Assembly (NCBI GenBank): GCA_965637545.1
Contig: OZ281500.1
Span: 2,356,001-2,420,000 of the forward strand
Reading direction: 5' to 3'
Length of the DNA: 64,000 nucleotides
Source of the DNA: Phallusia mammillata
Lineage: Eukaryota
Shown here: in pieces, positions 37,365 to 47,511 of the stretch
How positions within the stretch are numbered: the first letter of the stretch is position 1
Layout of the letters: each line of letters begins with the position of its first letter
The notes under the pieces: model-generated
The model's database searches: none
What the model was told of the DNA's origin: nothing
The model's input: the letters and a program-made list of their open reading frames with translations, nothing else
Position numbers and translations under genes: made by a program

Positions 37365-38015
37365 CAGTGGTTCTTAACCTTTTTGGTGTGGTTTCCCACT
37401 TAAGTAAATCACCAAGTTCGAATTTCCCCCTCTGTTATTTTTATACTGATGTTTTGTGCCCAACATTAACAAAAACATATTCTTTAATCGAAACAATTTT
37501 GTGAAGCGATTTTGTCGGGACCTTAAAGGCATACTGCAATCTTATTTAGTTTAAATAGTGATTTCGTGAGAAAGTAAAATCAGGTGGAATTTTGAAAAAT
37601 CCCATGTGCTTGCATTAGTCGTTTATTGCATGACAATCAACAGATCAAATGCATTTATTCGCGAACAATAACAAAGTCATTGATACTTTTAGCAATGTCT
37701 GTGACGTAACAAACGATTTTTTGGATTTTTTTGCGCCTTGTAAAACTAGGTGAAGTTAATCTTACATGTTGTTGCGGAAAATTGTGTATTAAATTAACTT
37801 TCAACGGTTAGTTTCAACCCACGGGCCCGAGTTTGGTGACTTCTGACTCACACAATTTCCCTCCAAAAACATTAAATTTCCCACTGGTGGGAAATTTCCC
37901 AGCGGTTAAGAACCAGTGGAGTACACATGGAACAACAAACCCAACTTCAAATTACCCACTTGAAATCCTCAAATTCCCCACTAGTGGGTAATTACACACC
38001 GGTTAAGAACCACTG
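37365..38015. mobile_element. hAT MITE (651 bp) with perfect TIRs and 8-bp TSD
   Basis: TIRs CAGTGGTTCTTAACC / GGTTAAGAACCACTG. Identical 8-bp flanks ATCTAAGC at 37357-37364 and 38016-38023. An extra internal right-end copy sits at ~37875-37918. Confidence 0.95.
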
Positions 38016-39606
38016 ATCTAAGCTGTCCTTGATAGAACATGGTTGTGTAAAAAAAGCTTTGCGAAAAAATATTTGATTAACTTTCCTCTGAACTGTTGCG
38101 GGCTAGGATTATGCATACTACCGTATATGTATATAAGTATAGATTTTGATTGAAACGCAATACGTACAACATATGTGCGCGGTACGCTGATTACAGTACA
38201 ATGCTTTATGATTTGAGGTTATTACGCCCTGGATAAAGCAAAACTCCTTTTGACCGGGGTCGCATTCCGCCAACAGACAAATTTAATGATATTCGTGATA
38301 TTCTGCGTCATCTAGTTGCAAAAGCAATCGTCTCTTGCTTCAGAATTAACTTTCTGTGAACGCTTTGCAGGCTTGCATGCATCACCAATTCTGAAAGTGG
38401 TGGCAACTTCGACGGGTACACCAAACAGATGCTAAAAGAACAGGAGACAAACCAATTTGTATTGTGAGTAATTACTGAACCACCTGGTGGTGGAATAGAT
38501 TGTTAGGTAATTTTTGTACCTTCGTAAGTATAGTTTTAAAAACAAACTTTACTTAACTATTGGTTTTAACATAGACTCGCGTAAAACAAGTTGATTTGTT
38601 CCGCCCTGCACCACAGCTTGACGAACCCAACGTTTCGTAAGTTTTGCATAAAGAAACGCCTTCGTAATAACAATTATTAACTCGTACCGTACAGAATAGA
38701 GGTTTCATTTTCTTTGTATCCGTGTTTTTATTTTACCACATGCAAAGTTCAAATAAAAAAAACTTCGCATTGCATGTTTATTTTTTTAGTTTTTTACTTC
38801 TTAATCAACCTAAACCTTTTGTATGAAATCCAGGATTACGACCTGAAGTTGGTGTTTACAAAGACACTTTAGACTACCCTACAAAAGGTAAAAGAGCCAC
38901 TATAACAGGATGCAACAGAAGAAGACAAATCCGTCGAAACACAGGTGCTTTTGGCTTATAAACGGTTTGATGCTTCGTTGAGTATTATTGTAGATACAGT
39001 CATTAGTAAGTTCGATCTCATACAATACCCTTTGGCCTGTTCTTGTCTCTCATGTACCGCTTTTGCATGCTTAATGTTACTTTGTGAACTTCAAATTAAC
39101 ATTACGCTTTTTTAACTAAGTGGTTTTAGTGATTTAAGTTTTGTAATCCTCTTTTAGGGGTGTAAAATTATTGATGTAAATTGTCTTCGCTATAACGAGT
39201 TATATAAAACTTCTGTGGCTTTTTTCCGTATCCTACGCTGGAACTTTATGCAAACGTATAAGGGGTGCGATTGTTTCCCCGGCAACACCTATAATCCTCA
39301 CGATTTTTAATGAGAAAACGTTTTTTTTAATACAATTTACAAGCAATAGCACATCAACAAATATGTCTAACATTCGTAAATGGGCACAGCTGCAACCGTT
39401 GAAGCACAAGCGAAGTACAAAATCCATCAAAAAGCAAAACATGCACAAAAACACATAAATATAACCTAATTGTTTTTTCTTGAATAATGAATTTTAAATG
39501 CCTGTTGCGTAAAGTTTTCAAAACAATCTTGTGTGCGACAAAACAAAAACATTAAACTAACTATTAAACGCTTGCTTTAAGTTATTTTAGTACCATATTT
39601 TTCTTC

Positions 39607-42426
39607 TTACAACTCAAGGAAATGTCGCAACCAACATGTTCCCGCGTGGTAAAATATCGAGGGAGTGCAATCGTAGGGGAGTTTTGTTGGGCTGCTTCCT
39701 AATTCCAATTCGCTGCGTGAAAATTTGTGGACGAGATCAACAAACGTTTCCTCCACCCAGTAGTTCCCACATGCAAATTGCCAAAGTTTTATTCCATATT
39801 TTGCGGCGGCAAGACACTCCTCGAAGCGTCGTAAATCGAATAAAATTGCGGCAAGTAAGTGGGAAGCTTTCAGAAAACATTTGATCGATTTAAGGCTCCC
39901 GAAATGAAATGATTTTTTGGCAAACCAAATTGCATCGTTGGGTCGTTTATCTTCAAACTGCTGTTCAGAAATGCACTGGTATGTTAAGCAGCAGAAGTCT
40001 GAATATTCTATCATCGATAGCTCCGCTTCAAACTCCATACGAATATGTTCCATCCTTTCTTGCCAAATATCTTTCAAGAAACTTTCTGCTTCCGCTAACC
40101 GGCCCAATTTTATCAAGCATTCAACTTTAGGATAAACTAACGACATTGTATCAGTACTTTTGAAGTTATTCATTACAACGTTTCTTGATTTGTCAAGATA
40201 CACAAGAGCTTCTTCGTACTTCTTCAAACCATGCAGACTGATGCCTTTAGAATAAAATGCCCAATTCATATCAGGATCGGTGTCTTCATTTACGTGCAGT
40301 TTTCGTATCTCGGATATCCATTCGTCATGTACCGAAAGGGCTTTGTCATAACACCCCGAAAAATTTAGGCAAAGGCTATAGCTATATAAAATATTTTTAT
40401 ATATGTACTCGCCGTAGTTATGAAATTGTTTTTCTTTCGTTTCGTTTAATGCAAGCTCTAAATATTTTCGCGCATTTTTCTTGTGGTTGAGGTGCAGATA
40501 GCATCTTCCCATGTATACATTGATCTCTATTTGTGAGACAGACTTCATTCCACGGTTAGAGTCCACTAATAGCATTTTTGTATATTCCAATGCTTCTTTG
40601 AACCTATTTAAATGGCACAGGCATTGGTAGCATAGTTCCAAGTACCAACATCGTATGTTGACTAAAGTAGTAAGGGTTAATCGGGTCAGTTCGTCTTTAC
40701 AGACTTTGAGACTGTTTTCATGATCGCCGCACTGATGCAAAGACTTTGCATACATAAGCTGCAGTTTAACACGGACATGCTCATTTTTGCACTCTTCCGA
40801 CTCTTCACATTCCTTTATAAGTTTTAAAGCGAGATCAAACATAAGAAGTTTCCATGCCAACACAGCAGCTCTAAACGGCGATTCTGAAAACTGAATTTTT
40901 TGTTTTGTTTTTTCAATAAAGGATGTTACGACATATTGTTGCAGTGATTCATTGATAACTAATCCATCCACAACTGCTCTGTTTCCGATGTCTTTTGATA
41001 CCTTTTCCATACTCGATGGCCGACCAAATACTGTTTCTTGATTTATAATATCGCTTTGACTTGAAGTCTTGCTGTACCACCTTAACCGGATTTCACATGC
41101 AACTGTCAACGAAAATTGAAGTTTATTACGCAACATCTGGTCTATAATACCACGATCACTCAGTTCGTCAAGGATATCAAAACACCTCAAATTCTTACAA
41201 TCGTACAAACGACCAAGAGCTAAAATGAAAAGAGTACAACTCCTTAACGCAACACGCTTTACATCCATCTTTAGACGTATGTCCAGGCTTCCCACGTTGT
41301 AAAGTTCATAATCTTTTTTAATATTTTGCTGCACTCGTTCGTTAAAGATAGGCATCTGGTTTATTTTTTTTTCAATTTTTGAGTCAAACTGTTTATAAAC
41401 AGAAAAATCGCCATACACAAAACAAGTTGTGGTCAACATATCTGCTAAATGATATCCGTTTTTCAAATCTGTTTTTGTTTCCAAGAACTTCACCATCTCA
41501 CTGACGGGTTTAATCAACTCAAGTGTTGTATTTCCCAGTGGATTCTTGCTTGCTTGAGGCGCAAAACCATCAGGACAAATTCCACATGGAGTAAATGCGT
41601 CATAAAACCAATCTTCTTCTTTATTCAAAGGATTATTAAGACACGGAATCGCCAAGAACCTAAGCAAGGTTTCACCGAGACGAACCAATATCATTTGATG
41701 AACTGTTGCAAACCATCGAAAGTGATTTAAAACCATATTGTAATTCCAACAATTGTGAATTTCATTTTCCAATACAATAATGCTTTCAAAATCGGAATAA
41801 GGAGTAATTTCTTTTTTAGCCAACGAACCCATTCCTACCAAAGCAAACCTACATGGTTCTTTCCCCATTATGTTGGCAGTGTGTTTTCCGATGAGAGCCA
41901 ATATGTCTTTGTATGTTTCAGTGACGTAATCCTGTATTTTTCTCACTTGTTCAACTCTTAGCCTCCGTATTGCAATAAGCTCTTGGTCTTTTAAGTCGTC
42001 AGACATTGCCTTCAGTTCACACAGTTTATCTTTTGTGTTTTCACGAAATTTTGTAATTTCTTCTTTGGTTTCTGTAACTGCTTTACTCACCAGTTTGGCA
42101 TCTGAATTTGCAGCGTTGGCCAACGTCATGATATGCAAGCACACGTCATCAAGGTCTTTCCAAATGTCATCTGCATTGTCGGGTTGCCTTAACACAGCTG
42201 ATGTCATTAAAGCAACACTTTGAATGAGACTGATGTTATCTGGACTTTTCTCTTTGTACGCTAGTCCCAACTGATGCAAAGTTTTTGCTGATTCTTTTGG
42301 ATCTTTTTCCACGCCATTGGGATAACATTGTTTCTTCAACTTAGTTGCTAAATCGTTGATTACTACGCCTGTTATTATGTCGTTCAAGCAATCGGATAAA
42401 TCTTCGCATGCGGACATTTTTAGCAT
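39607..42426 (-). CDS. NTase-TPR protein, copy 7 (939 aa; short-loop type)
   Basis: Intact ORF with GSLAKKEITPYSDFE, short loop ASKNPLGNTTLELIKP, TPRs most like copy 3, and PSIFYHA. Acceptor ends at 42444. Confidence 0.92.
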   Translation of the reverse strand: MLKMSACEDLSDCLNDIITGVVINDLATKLKKQCYPNGVEKDPKESAKTLHQLGLAYKEKSPDNISLIQSVALMTSAVLRQPDNADDIWKDLDDVCLHIMTLANAANSDAKLVSKAVTETKEEITKFRENTKDKLCELKAMSDDLKDQELIAIRRLRVEQVRKIQDYVTETYKDILALIGKHTANIMGKEPCRFALVGMGSLAKKEITPYSDFESIIVLENEIHNCWNYNMVLNHFRWFATVHQMILVRLGETLLRFLAIPCLNNPLNKEEDWFYDAFTPCGICPDGFAPQASKNPLGNTTLELIKPVSEMVKFLETKTDLKNGYHLADMLTTTCFVYGDFSVYKQFDSKIEKKINQMPIFNERVQQNIKKDYELYNVGSLDIRLKMDVKRVALRSCTLFILALGRLYDCKNLRCFDILDELSDRGIIDQMLRNKLQFSLTVACEIRLRWYSKTSSQSDIINQETVFGRPSSMEKVSKDIGNRAVVDGLVINESLQQYVVTSFIEKTKQKIQFSESPFRAAVLAWKLLMFDLALKLIKECEESEECKNEHVRVKLQLMYAKSLHQCGDHENSLKVCKDELTRLTLTTLVNIRCWYLELCYQCLCHLNRFKEALEYTKMLLVDSNRGMKSVSQIEINVYMGRCYLHLNHKKNARKYLELALNETKEKQFHNYGEYIYKNILYSYSLCLNFSGCYDKALSVHDEWISEIRKLHVNEDTDPDMNWAFYSKGISLHGLKKYEEALVYLDKSRNVVMNNFKSTDTMSLVYPKVECLIKLGRLAEAESFLKDIWQERMEHIRMEFEAELSMIEYSDFCCLTYQCISEQQFEDKRPNDAIWFAKKSFHFGSLKSIKCFLKASHLLAAILFDLRRFEECLAAAKYGIKLWQFACGNYWVEETFVDLVHKFSRSELELGSSPTKLPYDCTPSIFYHAGTCWLRHFLEL

Positions 42427-43468
42427 TTATCGTTAATACTGACCTGCAAATAAATCATTAGCACATGTGAACCCTTTTACATTAAACAATTTGTTCGTCT
42501 TTCTGCCCTTTTTTCATGAGAAATTTTCTACAGTTTTTTTGATTGTAACATGTTATCTTTCGAAATTTGACGTAGGATCTGTTTTTCAAAGAATGTATCA
42601 TTTGATGATAGCATGAAACTCAAGCTCTCTTGTACTGGTAGTGTTTATAAACTTCAGTCAACCACCCCTTTCTCATCAGCTCTCCGGCTAAAACTTCGCG
42701 TGTAGTTAGGTCAACAAAGACAGTTTCACTCGATACGCCTCTACATCGCTTCAAGCTTGTAACAATAGTTTACAAAAGACGACGCTTTTGTTCTCCTATA
42801 AACCACGCCACCTGATATAGACGCGTTGTGTAGGAGAAATTATTGCAGCGTAGCCATCTGTGCCCATACAAAGCTATTCTGACACCGAAAGGGTTTTGCT
42901 AACTTCTTTGTTAATAAATAACGAAGCTGGTCAAAGTATCTCATCATCAAACATATATCCACAGAAGATTTGGTCGTGGCACAAAATATTTCATTAAAAA
43001 ATGGGAGTAAACACTTTTTTAATCCAAATACATTAATGCCAAAAGTTGGATGTTTCAAGTGCATTTGGCCTTGTCTTCGATCCAAACGTTTTTCCACATA
43101 GTATTGTATTGTTGTTTTTCAAAGCAAAAATCCAGAGGCGATCCTTCAATAGGTGTTTTATATTTCATATCTCGATCCACACTAAAAGCCTTTTTCACAA
43201 ATGTTTGTTTTAAGCTACTTTTAACATATCTTATTTCAGGGTTGCATACATTAATACTTGCGTGGTATATGAAAGGTGGTTGACATATTTATCAACATTC
43301 AGTTGGTTCTGTTTGTTTTTTCAGTACTATTCGTTCTCACGCCCGTTGACTGACTGCAAGTTATACACATCGTGCATTTTGCTATAAAATGTTTCATCGA
43401 TGTTATTTTGTGTCAGAAATATAAAACCTTTTTCCAAAAATGTAAAAGCATAGAGCCAATAAATTATA

Positions 43469-43621
43469 AGCTGCAGACAGTGCACACTGTTTCGACCTAT
43501 AAGGTCTCATTAGTACAGCTGGTGACGAGAGATCGGCAAACTGGAGTGCCGTTGAATGGTTACGTCACCAGCTGCACTGATAAGACCTTATAGGCCGAAA
43601 CAGTGTGCACTCTCCACAGTT
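43469..43621. ncRNA. Inverted pair of minimal type I hammerhead-ribozyme motifs (Penelope-like pLTR remnant), each with core mutations
   Basis: Minus 43520-43469: AGCUGUA CUAAUGA GACC-UUAUA-GGUC GAA ACAGU-GUGC-ACUGU C UGCAGCU. Plus 43570-43621: AGCUGCA CUGAUAA GACC-UUAUA-GGCC GAA ACAGU-GUGC-ACUCU C CACAGUU. The 49-bp inverted arms (43479-43527 / 43563-43611) have 4 mismatches. It is an insertion relative to the paralogous site at ~11880. Confidence 0.8.
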
Positions 43622-46600
43622 TTTCCAATAAGCTCGAAATTTAAAGCTTTATAAATACAAATGAAAATAGTTAAGTATTGCCTTGTTTTGATTTTGCTGG
43701 TTTTGGGTGGACATGTGCTGTTACAGTATTTGTAGCGAGGGCGCATCTGACATAGCAACCATGATTGAACTTTTACAGCGTATTAACATAACATCGTTTT
43801 TGTATTTCTGAAAAGTTTCCTAACAAAAGTCGTCCCAAAGGACCATTGGGTTGAAATTCCATCGCGTATCATAACGCAGACAAAAAGAAATATGAAACAA
43901 GAGATCACTTTCCCAGGTCGCCTGGTTCCATTGTGTAGGAAAACGTTTTGTCAAACCCTCGACTTCTTTTGAAACATCTTGGGTTTCCCGTAAATCGTAC
44001 AACAACATGTGGAGACAATGACAAACATGTTCCAATCCTAAAATAACTGGGTTTGCAATGACATGTAGAGGATACACTTGTTGACAATATGCCTTATTTT
44101 TTTAATATGATAATACTAAGATTCAAACAAAAGAACGCTGCAAGGTGTTTTTTTAAATTGTAAATTATTTTGTTGTTTATGTAAGGACAAAACATTTTCT
44201 CTGTCGATAAATGTCACTACGGGAAATTCATTTGTTTTATGTTTGTTGGAGGACGCACCAACTTTGTATTTATTTCAAATGCAAAAAAGAGGTTTTCTCT
44301 GATTTTTCAACTGGTGCAAATACTGTCATAACTGCTCCTAACAAAATTTTAAGTGAAGCCAGTATTAATTCCACTTTTGCAAAATTATAACACTGATTTT
44401 TTTCTCCGGCTCGCAAATTACTTAAACCCCTTTGATGGACTGAAACGGCTAGAAATGGGTCTGGATTTTAATAAAGTCCACACAACACAAACGCGTGTGT
44501 ATAATGTTCTTGGACATAGGTTTTGATCTCAACATTATGACCAAAATTGATTCTAATGGAAAAAGCTAAATTCCAGTAAACGTGGCTGATCTGCTTTTAA
44601 TACACTGAAAATGTGCCTTGTTTGTGATCAACTGCGTCATCTAGTGGCAACATATGTTTTGCTTTTTTTAAAACAAAGATGTGACTAGAACCTCGTAGTA
44701 TGCCGAGCCTGGTGAAGATTTTATACATAATGAAGCTTTAGGTCAAATCCTAATGATGTATACATGCTCATTATAACTTACCTTTCGTTTTTGCTCCAAC
44801 TTCCAACTATTGTTTCTTTTTGCTACAAAGAACTTTGTGCGTAGGTGGCCTGAAATATCTCGAACTCGCAAAGTGGCTGCGATTACCCAGATAAAACCTA
44901 CTGGATACCAACACGCAAAAGCAGAGCGGATAGCACAGAAGCAGAAGAATAACAGAGCGAACTTGTGCAGTGAGTATTAGCATATAACCTCATCATCACT
45001 TTAATTAGTTGTTCTGGTATGTGACAAACCTTTAATGTTGAAAATTAATAGTTAAGATCATTTTTTTATTTTAGTTTTGGACCTAACGTATTGCGTAACA
45101 TTCATGGTGTGTCCGTATCACATAATATGTGCTTTTTGTGGAAATCGTCGCTTTGAGACTAATTATGTGTGCGGGTTACGCTTTGTGGGTAAAATGTTAA
45201 GCTTCACAAGACATGACAGACACCCGACACACACATCATTGAACAGTTGGCCTGTGTGTTGTTCACTGCACGTAAATTGGAAATAATAAGTACAGTGGTT
45301 GTGGCTCTCGCAGAAAACAGGTTTATCACCACCTTTGCCAACCCAGTCTTTATATCATGTACAGAAGTCAAATAAATGACTTATTACTTCCCATTTGTAT
45401 GTTCTTCGTGAATGTAAACTTCTGTTCCATAAGGATTATCACGTTCAAACTGTGTTTTATATTCAGAAGATATTCTGTACGACCCTGAGTTGGGCGACGA
45501 AATATAGATGGAGGATGCAAAGATAAAAGCTTAACAAAAACAGGTGATGTCAATTTGTAAACTGTTATTTTGTTGATGTATTAGCGTTTTTATAGGTACA
45601 TATTTAACATTAGTGAAGGATTTTAGTATAAGCGCGAGATCCTTTCGAGAACTGCTCTGTATGCTTGACGCCGTTTTGCAAATATGTCTTGAGTAAAGCT
45701 CTTTTAAAATTAAATTTCTTGTTTCGGAATAATAACTATTTCTGCGGTTGTAATATTTACCTCATACTTTTCTTGTGCAATTTTTACAAGTTTTTGTTCA
45801 GTATTTTTCACTGACAAAAACTGCTGTGTTTTTCTCATTTTCACAGCCTAAAAGCGTTTAAGTTGCGGTCACAAGAAGACCATGTTTAGCAAAACTGCCT
45901 TCCAAATACTTTTTATTACTCCACGTTTCTTTAAAACATTGGTCGCTAGGTGGAGTTAAAGATGTGTTACCTAGCCAAAACTGGCTGAATATGAGTATAC
46001 AGTACCATCGTGATTTAAAATCCCACTTCAGCGTCTATCATTTATGTTTCCATTTGCGTCTTTTAGCTTCGTGCTTTGGAACGCAGCGGCAACGGCAGGG
46101 GCGCACATTTGTGTATTGTATTAGAACATTGCTTACTGAGGCCAAATCAGCAAACCTAAGCAGTTTACTGAGTTTGCAAAAAAATACATGTTTTTTTTAC
46201 TAAAATATTTACCTTTGGTTGTTTACAGAAGCTGACTACTCGTGAACTACGAAGATTCGAACTCTTCTTTAGCTGCAGAAATTTCGAACAAACTGTGAGT
46301 AAATCTGTTTTTATAATTAATGTTTCAGAAACAGACGATCAGAGTTTGTACTAGATACAGAGGACAAATAAATGAACTTTTCGTTGACATTTTATTTATT
46401 TTTTAAACGTAAAACGTAAACATTTTGTATGAAATCCAGAATTACTGCCCAGAAGACGGTTTATACAAGCTGGAAGTCACCTTATACGTGCCTAAAGAGA
46501 AAGAGGAGCTGCTGCAGCAAAAAGAATCCGTCGAACCAAGGTGATGTGAGCTTATTAACCGTTCGTTGTTGCTTCATTAGGTGTTAGTACAGATACATAG

Positions 46601-47511
46601 TTATTAGGAAGTTGAGTGTCGTAACATAACTGCCGGTGTGTTCTCATGTACTTTATTTAATGACTTTTTTGCGTTTTTATACGCGAGACACTTTGGAATC
46701 CGCTTTGGATGTGTAATATTTTTGATGTGAATGGTCTTCGCAGTAACGAGCAAAGTATAACGGCTGCTGCTGTTTTCCATATGGCTCCAATTTTATTTTG
46801 CTTCCACGACTCGTTTAGATGGACTTATTAATATAACACTGCAACAGGTGAATTATCAGGGTAGCCCTAATATTATGATTGTACAATTTCCAAACTTTTT
46901 AAACTATTTTACACTGTAAAAATAGTTGATAAAAATCAGTGTACCTGTGATTTATGTAGTTGGCTTGTTCTTTTACCTTACATATATTGTCGCATGAGTA
47001 CTGCAAACTGCGCTACAACATTTATGAGCACCTTTAGGGCGTGCGATGGTTTTCTGACAGCGCTTGAAATCCTCACGCATTTTGTGAGATATAAACGTGT
47101 ACTTTAACAAATATTTCCAACATTTTTGAGTCAGCACAATTACTTTATTAAAGTTGATTGAGGAGCTCATAACAATGACAAAGGCGATTATTAACCAGGG
47201 AAACAGGTCATAATACTTAGACTGCGTCATATGGGTCACTGGCTTTGATAAAAACACGCACCCTGCTGCTGCTAACAAAACCGCTTTCAGAAACTGATCA
47301 ATAAAATTTGTAAGAAGATAACCTGTTTGCCATTGTCGAAAACCAATAAAGTTTAGGATAGAGCAAGGCGCCAAAAGGTTCTAACCAACTAAAGGCTAAT
47401 CTGATTAGAAATGCTCTGAAAACGGATCTACTTTCTACATTATCATGTATTTTGGCTTAGTTAATTTTATGCAAGCAATCACAATTTTGACAAATACAAG
47501 CCGGCAAAATA

